A program made the translations under genes and the position numbers. From Frankiaceae bacterium (GTDB lineage Bacteria; Actinomycetota; Actinomycetes; BP-191), in contig DATLNJ010000033.1 in assembly GCA_035536815.1 (NCBI GenBank), positions 11,315-75,314 on the forward strand: a DNA stretch of 64,000 bases, written 5' to 3'. Positions within the stretch are counted from its first letter, which is position 1, and every line of letters starts with the position of its first letter. The notes beneath the pieces were generated by a model that worked only from the letters and a program-made list of their open reading frames with translations, made no database searches and was not told the DNA's origin. This document shows positions 27,538-36,980 of this stretch, piece after piece.

Positions 27538-29484
27538 ATGGCCAGGATTCCCGACGAGGACGTCGCGCGGGTGCGCGAGGCGTCCCCGATCGAGTCCGTG
27601 GTCGGCGACTACGTGCAGCTCCGCTCCGCCGGTGGTGGCGAGTTGAAGGGCCTCTGCCCGTTCCACGAGGAGAAGAGCCCTTCGTTCCACCTCACGCCGG
27701 CCCGCGGGCTGTACCACTGCTTCGGCTGCGGCGTGGGCGGCGACACCATCGACTTCGTCATGCGGATCGAGCACCTGTCGTTCGCCGAGGCCGTCGAACG
27801 CCTCGCCCAGCGGGCCGGCATCGAGATCCGCTACGAGCAGGGCGGCGCGACCGCCCGCGGCGCGCAGGGCGGGCAGCGCACCCGGTTGGTCGGGGCGCAC
27901 CGCGCGGCGGTCGAGTTCTTCACGGCGCGGCTCGCCGAGGACCCGGCGGCGAAGCCGGCGCGGGCGTTCCTGGCCGAGCGCGGCTTCGACGACGCGGCGG
28001 CGGCGGCGTACGGCGTCGGCTACTCGCCCGACTCGTGGGACGTGCTGACCAAGCACCTCGCGGCGAAGGGCTTCAGCCGCGAGGAGTGCCTCGCCGCCGG
28101 CCTGGTGTCGCAGGGCCAGCGCGGGGTCGTGGACCGGTTCCGCGGGCGGCTGATGTTCCCGATCCGCGACAACACCGGCGACCCGATCGGCTTCGGCGCG
28201 CGCGCCCTCAAGGAAGGCGACCAGCCGAAGTACCTCAACACGCCGGAGACGCCGATCTACAAGAAGAGCCACGTCCTCTACGGCCTCGACAAGGCCCGGC
28301 TGGAGATCGGCCGGCGCGCCCAGGCCGTCGTCGTCGAGGGCTACACCGACGTCATGGCCTGCCACCTGGCCGGCGTGCCCACCGCGGTCGCCACCTGCGG
28401 CACCAGCCTGACCGCCGACCACATCTCGATGCTGCGCCGGCTGCTCATGGACCAGGACGAGTTCCGCGGCGAGGTCGTGTTCACGTTCGACGGCGACAAC
28501 GCCGGGCAGCGCGCCGCGCTCAAGGTGTTCGAGGAGGACGCGCGGTTCGTCACGCAGACGTTCGTCGCGGTCGAGCCGACCGGGATGGACCCCTGCGAGC
28601 TGCGGCTGGCCAAGGGCGACGCCGCCGTCCGCGACCTCGTCGCGCGCCGCATCCCGCTGTTCGAGTTCAAGCTGCGGGCCGAGCTCGACAAGTACGACCT
28701 GGAGACCGCCGAGGGACGCGTGCGCGGGCTGGCGGCGTGCGCGCCGATCGTCGCCTCCATCCGCGACCGCTCGCTGCGCCCCGAGTACGCCCGGCGGCTG
28801 GCCGGCTGGCTCGGCCTGCCCGTGGACGACGTCCTGGCGCGGGTCGCCGAGGCGGCCGCCGCGCCGCCTGCGCGCACCGGCTCCGCCACCGCGCGTTCCG
28901 CCGGCGCGCCGGGGGACACTTCGACGGCGCCGCCGCAGGCGGCCGCCGGTTCCGCGGACGCGCCGTCGCAGGCGGTGCGTCCGGCGCCGAACGACGCGGA
29001 GCTGCGGGCCGAGCGGGAGTCGTTGAAGTCGGTCGTCCAGAGCCCCGGGCTGGTCGGCCCGGTGTGGGACACGCTGGACCCCGACCTGTTCACGCACCCC
29101 GCCTACCGCGCCTGCCACGAGGCCGTGAAGGACGCCGGAGGGGTGCGCTCGTTCGGTGTCGGCAGTGGAGGTGTGCAAGGCTTCGTCGGTCGCGTCCGCG
29201 ACGCCGCCCGCGACGACGACGTCCGCTCCCTGCTCACCGAGCTGGCCGTCGAGTCCCTCAAGACGGACGACGCCAGCCGCCCCGCGTACGTACGGCAGCA
29301 GGTGGCGCGCCTACAGGAGATGGGCCTGACGCGCCGAATCACGGAAACGAAATCGCGGCTCCAACGGTTGAACCCTGTGGAGCAGCCGGAGAAGTACAAC
29401 GCGCTGTTCAGCGAACTGGTCGACATGCAGGCGCGGCAGCGTGCCCTGCGCGAGCAGGCCATGAACCCGGGACCCGGGACGTAG
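27538..29484 (+). CDS. dnaG: DNA primase
   Basis: Zinc finger CPFHEEKSPSFHLTPARGLYHCFGCGVGGD. TOPRIM EGYTDVMA. Confidence 0.95.
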   Translation: MARIPDEDVARVREASPIESVVGDYVQLRSAGGGELKGLCPFHEEKSPSFHLTPARGLYHCFGCGVGGDTIDFVMRIEHLSFAEAVERLAQRAGIEIRYEQGGATARGAQGGQRTRLVGAHRAAVEFFTARLAEDPAAKPARAFLAERGFDDAAAAAYGVGYSPDSWDVLTKHLAAKGFSREECLAAGLVSQGQRGVVDRFRGRLMFPIRDNTGDPIGFGARALKEGDQPKYLNTPETPIYKKSHVLYGLDKARLEIGRRAQAVVVEGYTDVMACHLAGVPTAVATCGTSLTADHISMLRRLLMDQDEFRGEVVFTFDGDNAGQRAALKVFEEDARFVTQTFVAVEPTGMDPCELRLAKGDAAVRDLVARRIPLFEFKLRAELDKYDLETAEGRVRGLAACAPIVASIRDRSLRPEYARRLAGWLGLPVDDVLARVAEAAAAPPARTGSATARSAGAPGDTSTAPPQAAAGSADAPSQAVRPAPNDAELRAERESLKSVVQSPGLVGPVWDTLDPDLFTHPAYRACHEAVKDAGGVRSFGVGSGGVQGFVGRVRDAARDDDVRSLLTELAVESLKTDDASRPAYVRQQVARLQEMGLTRRITETKSRLQRLNPVEQPEKYNALFSELVDMQARQRALREQAMNPGPGT

Positions 29485-29526
29485 GCAGGCGATCCCCCGC
29501 CCGCCGACACACGACAGAAGGACACG

Positions 29527-30696
29527 ATGAGCCCCACCGCATTGCCCAAGGAAGCCCAGATCGACGAGGTCAAGGACCTCATCACGCGTGGCAAGGAACA
29601 GGGCTTCCTCACGAGCGAGGAGATCGGTGCCGCGCTCGTCCAGGCCGAGCTGCCTCCCGAGTCGATGGACGCCGTCCTCCAGGTCTTCAACGACGAGGGC
29701 ATCGAGATCGTCGAGCCCTCCGAGGAGGACGAGGACCCGAACCGCGCCGCCCTGCTGCGCCGCGAGGAGGAGCTGGCGCTCAAGGCGCCGACCAACGACC
29801 CCGTCCGGATGTACCTCAAGGAGATCGGCAAGGTCCCGCTCCTCACCGCCGAGGAGGAGGTCGACCTCGCCAAGCGGATCGAGGCCGGCCTGTTCGCGTC
29901 GGAGAAGCTGGCGACCGGCCGCAAGCTGGCCGACCGCACCCGCAAGGACCTCGAGGCCATCGAGCGCGACGGCCAGCTCGCGAAGAAGAAGCTGGTCGAG
30001 GCCAACCTTCGCCTGGTCGTCTCGATCGCCAAGCGCTACGTCGGCCGCGGCATGCTCTTCCTCGACCTGATCCAGGAGGGCAACCTCGGCCTGATCCGCG
30101 CGGTCGAGAAGTTCGACTACACCAAGGGCTACAAGTTCTCGACGTACGCCACCTGGTGGATCCGGCAGGCCATCACGCGCGCCATCGCCGACCAGGCGCG
30201 CACCATCCGCATCCCGGTGCACATGGTCGAGACGATCAACAAGCTGATCCGCATCCAGCGCCAGCTGCTCCAGGACCTGGGCCGCGAGCCCACCCCGGAG
30301 GAGATCGCCAAGGAGATGGACCTCACGCCCGACAAGGTGCGCGAGATCCTCAAGGTGTCGCAGGAGCCGGTGTCGCTGGAGACGCCGATCGGTGAGGAGG
30401 AGGACTCCCACCTCGGCGACTTCATCGAGGACTCCGACGCGGTCGTGCCGGTGGACGCGGCGTCGTTCATCCTGCTGCAGGAGCAGCTCGACTCGGTCCT
30501 GCACACGCTCTCCGAGCGCGAGAAGAAGGTCATCCAGCTCCGCTTCGGCCTCACCGACGGCCACCCGCGGACGCTGGAGGAGGTCGGCCGCGAGTTCGGG
30601 GTCACCCGCGAGCGGATCCGCCAGATCGAGTCGAAGACGCTGTCCAAGCTGCGCCACCCCAGCCGGTCGCAGAAGCTGCGCGACTACCTCGAGTAG
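29527..30696 (+). CDS. RNA polymerase sigma factor, RpoD/HrdB-type (group 1/2)
   Basis: Regions 1.2 to 4.2: [80 protein letters not shown]. Confidence 0.9.
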   Translation: MSPTALPKEAQIDEVKDLITRGKEQGFLTSEEIGAALVQAELPPESMDAVLQVFNDEGIEIVEPSEEDEDPNRAALLRREEELALKAPTNDPVRMYLKEIGKVPLLTAEEEVDLAKRIEAGLFASEKLATGRKLADRTRKDLEAIERDGQLAKKKLVEANLRLVVSIAKRYVGRGMLFLDLIQEGNLGLIRAVEKFDYTKGYKFSTYATWWIRQAITRAIADQARTIRIPVHMVETINKLIRIQRQLLQDLGREPTPEEIAKEMDLTPDKVREILKVSQEPVSLETPIGEEEDSHLGDFIEDSDAVVPVDAASFILLQEQLDSVLHTLSEREKKVIQLRFGLTDGHPRTLEEVGREFGVTRERIRQIESKTLSKLRHPSRSQKLRDYLE

Positions 30697-30750
30697 GCCG
30701 CCCGCAAAACGCGGTGCGGTGCGTTCCGCGCGGTGGGAGAGTGGCGCCTC

Positions 30751-31524
30751 GTGAGCACTGACGCACTCCGCGCCGAGGGCCTGGTCAAGGACTACCGGCG
30801 CTCCCGCGCCGTGGACGGGGTCAGCCTCCGCGTCCGCCCCGGCGAGCGGGTCGCGCTGCTCGGCCCGAACGGCGCCGGCAAGACCACGACCCTGCTCATG
30901 CTGCTCGGCGTCGTGACGCCGGACCAGGGCCGGGTCGAGATCATGGGCCACCCGCTCCCCAAGCAGCGCCGGCAGGCGCTGGCGCACGTCGGCTTCGCGG
31001 CCGGTTACCTGCCACTGCCGGAGAAGCTCCGGGTGCGCGAGTTCCTCACCATGTACGGCGACCTCTACGGCCTGCGCGACTCGCTCGGCGCGGCGCGGGC
31101 GGCGCTGGCGCGGTTCCGCATCCCCGAGCTGGAGGCGGCGATGGGCACCGAGCTGTCCAGCGGCCAGAAGACGCTCGTCGGCATCGCGAAGGCGACCATG
31201 CACGTCCCGAAGCTGCTCGTCCTGGACGAGCCGACCGCCTCGCTCGATCCGGACGTGGCGCTGCGGGTGCGCACCGGCTTGCAGTCACTGTCCGACGAGC
31301 ACGGCACCGCGCTGCTGGTCACCAGCCACAACATGGTCGAGGTCGAACGCCTCTGCGAGCGCGTCGTGTTCCTCGCCTCCGGCCGGATCGTCGCGGACGG
31401 CTCCGCGGCCGAGGTCGCCGCGCGGTTCGGGCAGGGCGACCTCGAGGAGGTCTTCATCCACCTCGCCGCCGAACGCGCCGCCGGGCGGCTCGTCGACGCG
31501 GCGGAGACGGGAGCGCAGTCGTGA
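30751..31524 (+). CDS. ABC transporter ATP-binding protein
   Basis: Walker A GPNGAGKTT, signature LSSGQK, Walker B LLVLDEPT. GTG at 30751 sits 10 nt after GGGAGAG (alternative start 30733). Confidence 0.85.
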   Translation: MSTDALRAEGLVKDYRRSRAVDGVSLRVRPGERVALLGPNGAGKTTTLLMLLGVVTPDQGRVEIMGHPLPKQRRQALAHVGFAAGYLPLPEKLRVREFLTMYGDLYGLRDSLGAARAALARFRIPELEAAMGTELSSGQKTLVGIAKATMHVPKLLVLDEPTASLDPDVALRVRTGLQSLSDEHGTALLVTSHNMVEVERLCERVVFLASGRIVADGSAAEVAARFGQGDLEEVFIHLAAERAAGRLVDAAETGAQS

Positions 31525-32312
31525 GGTGGCGGGCCATCCGCGCGGTCGGCGTGCGCCAGGCGATCGTCCTCAGGCGCAGCCCGCAGCGGTTCTTCGACAT
31601 CACTATCTGGCCGATCGTGGACACGCTGCTGTTCGGGTCGATCGCGGTCTTCTTCGAGCAGGCGGGCGGCAGTGCGGGCGCGACCGGGGCGGCGTACCTC
31701 ATCTGCGGCGTGCTGCTCTGGCACGTCGTCTACCAGTCGCAGATCGCGCTCGCCACGGGCTTCCTCGAGGAGACCTGGTCCCGCAACCTGCTCTCGCTCA
31801 TGTGCACCCCGATGTCCGAGGCCGAGTGGGTCGCGGGAGTGGTGGCGTTCGGGCTGGTGAAGCTGGTCATGGGCGTCGGCGCGGTGGCCGTCATGGTGGC
31901 CGTGCTGTACCCGTTCGACCTCACGTCGCTCGGGTTCGCGCTGCTGCCGATCGTCGCGGTGCTGCTCGCGTCGGGGCTGGCGGTGGCGATGTTCGTCATC
32001 GCGATGGTGCTGCGGTTCGGCAGCGGGGCCGAGGCGCTGGCGTGGGGCATCCTCTTCGTCGTCATGCCGCTGTCGGGCACGTTCTACCCGGTCGAGGCGC
32101 TGCCGGGGGCGCTGCAGCCGGTGGCGCTCGCGTTGCCGACCACGCACGCGTTCGCGGCCGCGCGCACCGTCATCGACGGCAACGGCATCCCGTGGGGCAC
32201 GCTCGGCTGGGCCGGGCTGACGACGGTGCTGGCGCTGGCCGCGTCGGTGGCGTTCGTGCGGTACATGCTCGCGACGTTCCGCCGCCGCGGCTACATCACC
32301 CGCTACTCCTAG
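31521..32312 (+). CDS. ABC-2 type transporter permease
   Basis: 4-nt overlap with the ATPase gene. Six hydrophobic segments. Confidence 0.8.
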   Translation: MRWRAIRAVGVRQAIVLRRSPQRFFDITIWPIVDTLLFGSIAVFFEQAGGSAGATGAAYLICGVLLWHVVYQSQIALATGFLEETWSRNLLSLMCTPMSEAEWVAGVVAFGLVKLVMGVGAVAVMVAVLYPFDLTSLGFALLPIVAVLLASGLAVAMFVIAMVLRFGSGAEALAWGILFVVMPLSGTFYPVEALPGALQPVALALPTTHAFAAARTVIDGNGIPWGTLGWAGLTTVLALAASVAFVRYMLATFRRRGYITRYS

Positions 32313-33352
32313 ACCGCCAGCGGTAGCGCCGCCTCCGGCGCCTCCTCCAGCAGGTCGAGGACGGCCCACTCGATCTCGCCCTGCGTGCCGAGGTGGCCCT
32401 CCTGCGCGTCGGCGCCGAGCCGCTCCAGCGCGGGGGCGACGGTGACGCCGGCGAGGTAGCGGTCCACGATCCGCGGGTCCACGTACGACGACCGGCAGAC
32501 CGCGGGCGTGTTGCCCAGGTAGTGCGCGACCTCCTGGTACATGCGGGCGACGGCGCGCTTGCGCGCGGTCGGGCTGGCGGCCTCCGCGGACACCGCGACG
32601 GCCACCGCGGCGAGCACGGTGGCGGACCAGGTGCGGAAGTCCTTCGCGCTGTAGTCACCGCCGGTGACGTCCTTGATGTAGGCGTTGATGTCGGCGGACT
32701 TCACGTCGCACCACACGCCGTCGCGCTGGTACGCGAGCAGCTCGGGCCCGCCCGAACGGCGCCGCTTCAGCGTGCTGACGACCTCGACGACGTCGGGGTC
32801 CACGATCGACTGGATGCGCTGCTTGCCCGACTTGGCGACGTAGTCGAACTCCAGCACGGTGCCGTTGATCCGCACGTGCGCCTTGCGGATCGTGGCGAGG
32901 CCGTAGGTCTGGTTCTGCTCGGCGTAGCCCTCGGTGCCGATACGGAAGAAGCCGAGGTCGAGCAGGCGGGTCGCGCAGGCGAGCACCCGCTCGCGGCCGA
33001 GGCCGTCGGCGCCGAGGTCGGCGGCGATGCGTTCGCGCAGCGTGGGGAGCGCGCGGCCGAACTCGACCATGTGGTCGAACTTCTCCCGGTCCCGCCGCTG
33101 CCGCCACACGTCGTGGTAGCGGTACTGGCGGCGGCCGGCGGCGTCGACGCCGGTGGCCTGGATGTGGCCGTTCGGGAGCGGGCAGATCCACACGTCCTGC
33201 CAGGCCGGCGGCAGCACCAGCGCCTCGATGCGGCGCAACGTCTCGGGGTCGGTGATGCGGTTGCCGTTCTGGTCCACGTAGCCGAAGCCGCGGCCCGCCC
33301 GGCGGCGGCGGTAGCCCGGTGCCGAGCAGTCGACGCGGCGCAGGCGTGGCAT
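32309..33352 (-). CDS. DNA topoisomerase IB (poxvirus-like bacterial type)
   Basis: GFGYVDQNGNRITDPETLRRIEALVLPPAWQDVWICPLPNGHIQATGVDAAGRRQYRYH. C-terminal catalytic SSYV region. Confidence 0.85.
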   Translation of the reverse strand: MPRLRRVDCSAPGYRRRRAGRGFGYVDQNGNRITDPETLRRIEALVLPPAWQDVWICPLPNGHIQATGVDAAGRRQYRYHDVWRQRRDREKFDHMVEFGRALPTLRERIAADLGADGLGRERVLACATRLLDLGFFRIGTEGYAEQNQTYGLATIRKAHVRINGTVLEFDYVAKSGKQRIQSIVDPDVVEVVSTLKRRRSGGPELLAYQRDGVWCDVKSADINAYIKDVTGGDYSAKDFRTWSATVLAAVAVAVSAEAASPTARKRAVARMYQEVAHYLGNTPAVCRSSYVDPRIVDRYLAGVTVAPALERLGADAQEGHLGTQGEIEWAVLDLLEEAPEAALPLAV

Positions 33353-33359
33353 GGCGGCG

Positions 33360-33767
33360 TTACGCCTCGAAGGTGTGCATCGCCGCTTCCTCGGCGCTGC
33401 GCAGTCCCTCGTCCCGGCCGACGTCCGTCGCGATGTTCTCCTTGACGTCGTCGGTCCGCGCGCCCTCGTCGGGCTCGACCAGCCGGCCGGCGGGGGCGTC
33501 GCCGATCCCCTCGGCCTCGGACAGGTAAGGCACGTCCACCTCGAGCGCCGGGTCCGGCACCTCGCGCTGGAGGCGGCCCTCGAGCGACTCGCCGTCGCGC
33601 TGCTCGTTCGCGGTCGTACCGAAGTCGTCGACCGCGACGGGGCGGTCCATGGGGCTGTGCTCGCGGTCGAGGATCTCGCCCGCGGTCATCGACTCGTCCA
33701 CGGTCACGTCGATGCCGCTGACCCCGGCGTCGGCCTGGGTCGCCACCGGCGTCTGGTCCTCACGCAT
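33360..33767 (-). CDS. acidic DUF5709-like protein
   Basis: Start MREDQTP after GAGGAGA. DDFGTTANEQRDGESLEGRLQREVPDP pattern. The upstream remainder of ORF 33360..34448 overlaps the SRPBCC gene in another frame. Confidence 0.55.
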   Translation of the reverse strand: MREDQTPVATQADAGVSGIDVTVDESMTAGEILDREHSPMDRPVAVDDFGTTANEQRDGESLEGRLQREVPDPALEVDVPYLSEAEGIGDAPAGRLVEPDEGARTDDVKENIATDVGRDEGLRSAEEAAMHTFEA

Positions 33768-33832
33768 CGGGGTCTCCTCTGCTGGGGCGGCGGAGCGCTC
33801 CGTTCCCGGAGGCCCCGCCGCGTCAGGTTCAG

Positions 33833-34285
33833 CTACGCGCCGGTGGACGCGCCCTGCTCGATCGTCTGCTTGAACGCCGCGAGCGCGCGCTCGACCTTGT
33901 CCTGCGGGTCGGCGAACATCTTGGCGACGGCCTCGCCGACGGCGCCCGCCGGCGGGTCGTACTCGAGGCTCACCTCGACACCCGTGGTGCCGCCGTGGTC
34001 GTCGAACCGGACGGCGCCCGAGGTCGTGACGTCGTTGTCCTCGCCGGGGACGCTGGTCCAGGCGATCTTGCTGTTCGGGACGTCCTCGATGATCCGGGCG
34101 TCCCACTCGACGGTCTTGCCCAGCGGGCCGTGCACCTTCCAGTGCGTCAGCGCGGTCCCGCCGGAGACGGGCTCGACGCTCTCGACGTCGGGCATGATCG
34201 TCGGCAGGTTCGTCAGCCCGCGCCACCAGGCGTACGCCTGCTCGGCGGGGACATCGACCTCTACGTAGTGCGACACAGTGCCCAT
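33833..34285 (-). CDS. SRPBCC (cyclase/dehydrase-like) family protein
   Basis: 150 aa. HYVEVDVPAEQAYAWWRGLTNLPTIMPDVESVE ... KIAWTS. Confidence 0.75.
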   Translation of the reverse strand: MGTVSHYVEVDVPAEQAYAWWRGLTNLPTIMPDVESVEPVSGGTALTHWKVHGPLGKTVEWDARIIEDVPNSKIAWTSVPGEDNDVTTSGAVRFDDHGGTTGVEVSLEYDPPAGAVGEAVAKMFADPQDKVERALAAFKQTIEQGASTGA

Positions 34286-34338
34286 GCGGTGGTTCCCTTC
34301 GGGTCAGGCGGGAGGGGCCGGCATGGGATACCTGCCCG

Positions 34339-34605
34339 TCAGACCCGGACCGACACGTCGGGGCTGGTGCCGTTGTGCTGCTTGTCGGCCATGTCCTTGC
34401 CGGCGAACGTGTCGGTGACGACGCGCTTCGCGGTGCCGAGCAGGTCACTCGTCTCCTGCTTCACGGTCTCCGCGGCCTGCTGCACCTCGGGCTTGCCGAT
34501 CATCGTCCGCCACGACTTCATGATCGCCTCGTAGCGGGCGCGGCCGGCCTTGGCGCCGAGCACGTAGCCGGCGGCGAAGCCGGTGAGGAACGTCGTCTTG
34601 CGCAT
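34339..34605 (-). CDS. small YtxH-like membrane-associated protein
   Basis: MRKTTFLTGFAAGYVLGAKAGRARYE N-terminal helix typical of the family. Confidence 0.5.
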   Translation of the reverse strand: MRKTTFLTGFAAGYVLGAKAGRARYEAIMKSWRTMIGKPEVQQAAETVKQETSDLLGTAKRVVTDTFAGKDMADKQHNGTSPDVSVRV

Positions 34606-34738
34606 CGGATGCCTCCACGTCGGTCCCGGCCGGGGCCGGGGTCGGGTCGCGTTCTCTGCCGCCCGGCGTACCCGGTGGCACCCCCCGACAACCGCGTCGA
34701 GCGGGTGCCCGGCGGCTGGTAGGCTCGGCCCTCGCCGA

Positions 34739-34811
34739 TCCCGCGTAGCTCAATTGGCAGAGCATGCGACTGTTAATCGCAGGGTTGCTGGTTCAAGTCC
34801 AGCCGCGGGAG
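34739..34811 (+). tRNA. tRNA-Asn (GTT)
   Basis: Cloverleaf folded by hand: acceptor TCCCGCG/CGCGGGA, anticodon loop CTGTTAA, T-loop TTCAAGT. 73 nt. Confidence 0.9.
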
Positions 34812-34828
34812 CCCCGTTCGTCCTCCCG

Positions 34829-34902
34829 GGGGCAGTAGCTCAGCTGGTCAGAGCAGGGGACTCATAATCCCTGGGTCGCAGGTTCGAGCCCTGCCTGCCC
34901 CA
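34829..34902 (+). tRNA. tRNA-Met (CAT), elongator type
   Basis: Acceptor GGGGCAG/CTGCCCC (G1-C72 paired), anticodon loop CTCATAA, T-arm GCAGG-TTCGAGC-CCTGC. 74 nt. Confidence 0.9.
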
Positions 34903-34903
34903 C
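34864..34903 (+). repeat. attL-like copy: 3' half of tRNA-Met (direct repeat with 42765-42804)
   Basis: ATAATCCCTGGGTCGCAGGTTCGAGCCCTGCCTGCCCCAC matches 38/40 with the distal copy. Confidence 0.8.
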
Positions 34904-35062
34904 TGGCATGTCTCAACTCGAACCGACTCGTGAGAGTCAGGCTGGGTGGAGCCGATCCACCCGAACTTGGTCCTGTGGCGTCGCGGGTCGGTCGGTCCGA
35001 ACCAGCGAGTTGAGGGAACCTTGCAACGCAGCGTCGTGGCCGTGAGCCGCGTCGCCCGGTCG

Positions 35063-35527
35063 CTACTTTCCGAGACCGGTGCCGGGGTCATACGGGCCGC
35101 TGCATCCCATGTCGCGCGACTGCGGCGTGCCGTCCGGATCGGTCCACGTGATCGAGGTGCACTGGTAGAGGTCGTCGGCCATGCCGGCGGCGAAGCTCAC
35201 CGAAGTCGGGGCCACGAACGCGACGCCTGTCCCGGGCTCGCTGGCCAAAGTGACGACCTGCGTGCTGTTCACCCTCCAGGCACAGTGGATGATGATGTCC
35301 GTCCCCGGCACTCCCGCGTAGAATCCGGTGCCGACGACGGCGTGCGGGTCCGACCACGCGACCGCAAAGATCTTGTTCGGGTTCGGGTCCACGAGAACGT
35401 GCGGGTTGCGGATCGGCTGGATCGCACATCCGCCTTCCGCCACCTGCGAGTCGCCTGCGGTCGCCGCGGGTCCGGCGAACAACGAGATCGCGGCGATGCC
35501 CGCGACAAGCCAACGCATCGGTGCCAT
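35063..35527 (-). CDS. secreted hypothetical protein
   Basis: Start MAPMRWLVAGIAAISLFAGPAATAGDS after GAAGGAG. No recognised family. Confidence 0.5.
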   Translation of the reverse strand: MAPMRWLVAGIAAISLFAGPAATAGDSQVAEGGCAIQPIRNPHVLVDPNPNKIFAVAWSDPHAVVGTGFYAGVPGTDIIIHCAWRVNSTQVVTLASEPGTGVAFVAPTSVSFAAGMADDLYQCTSITWTDPDGTPQSRDMGCSGPYDPGTGLGK

Positions 35528-36126
35528 CTGTCTCGACGCTCCTTCAGGTGGTGGCGATTCCATCTCCACCTACACGTCTGGGAGCGATCCGTGATTACAC
35601 CGCGACGGCGAATCGGCACATCGAGCCGCCAGGTTGCCGGGTTCGCCGTTGTCAAGTCACTCCGTAGTTAGTGCTTCGGGTCTTACGGGTAAGGACGACA
35701 TCCGCGGGCTCGGGTCGGTGTAAGGCACCTGTTTGGCCGGCACGGAGGCCGCGATTGCCTTCGCCCGAGTGAGGTCGATCGGCGTTCCTTCCACAAGCGT
35801 GACCCGGTTCGGGTTGTCACCTTCCAGGCCCACTGGCAACGTCGCAGAGCTGCCGAGCGACGGCTCCGAGGCCGACATCCGACCGCGACGCGAGCAGGCC
35901 CGCGACGCCGGTGTCGAGGAGCCTTCGCGACGACAAGGGCCGTCCGGCGGAGTGGATCGGACGCGGCGATCCATCGGGAGCGGGGGATGCGACCGCGTAC
36001 TCGTTCGCGGTGGCGACCGCCAGCGCCTTCGCGTCAGCGGCCCGTGCGCTGCCCAACGACGACGATGCGTCGGCGCGCACCCGGGGCGGCGCCCAACCGG
36101 AACCGCCCCGCGCGCGGGGACTGCGA

Positions 36127-36321
36127 TTACTTGCAGACGAGGATGACCTCACGGCCGTAGACGTAGACGACGAGGTACGGCCTGGTCGGGTAGGGGCATT
36201 GCGTGATGGCGATTGAGTCGATGATGTCCTCGATCGGGTCGGCGTGCGCCGTACCTGCCGGGACGAACACCATCGCCGCGGTCGCGACGGCCAAGCCGAG
36301 GCCGGTGATCCTGCGCTTCAT
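36127..36321 (-). CDS. small secreted peptide (64 aa, 2 Cys)
   Basis: MKRRITGLGLAVATAAMVFVPAGTAHA|DPIEDIIDSIAITQCPYPTRPYLVVYVYGREVILVCK. GGAGGA RBS. Confidence 0.55.
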   Translation of the reverse strand: MKRRITGLGLAVATAAMVFVPAGTAHADPIEDIIDSIAITQCPYPTRPYLVVYVYGREVILVCK

Positions 36322-36439
36322 GGTTCCTCCTTGCGGTCGCGCCGGGACATTCCCGGCGTCACCGACTACACGCGGGGAAAGTCCAGTCCTTACATGGAAA
36401 CCGAAACCCTCCGCCGCTCCAAGCCTTCGTCCTCCAGAC

Positions 36440-36685
36440 GCCGGACGTGTGGGCGGCATGCGTCGCGGAGCACCCGGATGTTGGTTACGTCGACCTCGGT
36501 TCGGCGACATCCGCGCGTACCCGCCGGCAACGCACTCCGGTGTCGTCGTCCTGCGCCTCGCCGACCAGCGACCGGATGTGGTGGCTGACGTACTGCGCCG
36601 GTTCGTAGCCGACTACGACCTCGACACGCTTTCTGGTCACCTGATCGTGGTCACCGACAGCCAGGTGCGGCTGCGCCGCGCGTAG
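36440..36685 (+). pseudogene. possible frameshifted PIN-like (DUF5615-type) toxin remnant
   Basis: C-terminal FGDIRAYPPATHSGVVVLRLADQRPDVVADVLRRFV...GHLIVVTDSQVRLRR resembles that family. The preceding RMLVTS segment lies in another frame. No intact N-terminus or antitoxin. Confidence 0.3.
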
Positions 36686-36896
36686 ACGGAGGAGCGGCGT
36701 GTGGCCGGAGATTCCCGTCAACCGTCGAGAGCGCGTGCTGGCGGAGGTCACGATTGGACGCGGCGGAGCGGCACGTACCTGACAAGTAGCCGCTTGGTGC
36801 CTACCTGCGGGAAGTCGACGGTTACTTCCGCGCCGTGCCCGGTGCCACCGGCGACTCCACTTGAGGAGCGGCGACTTCCCTCGCATCGGAGACACG

Positions 36897-36930
36897 GTGC
36901 GCGGGCGGGATGACTGTCCCGCCCGCACAC
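36897..36930 (-). terminator. hairpin downstream of the Gly-rich protein gene
   Basis: GCGGGCGGGA-TGACTG-TCCCGCCCGC with flanking pairs. Confidence 0.4.
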
Positions 36931-36980
36931 CATGTCTCACGGCTTACCTGGCCGAACGCACCCAGCACCGTGGCATCGAC

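Noticed and set aside
34829-34902. tRNA-Met as initiator tRNA-fMet
   Set aside because: Positions 1 and 72 are base-paired (G-C), and the anticodon stem closes with A-T rather than the three consecutive G-C pairs next to the loop. It is an elongator type.
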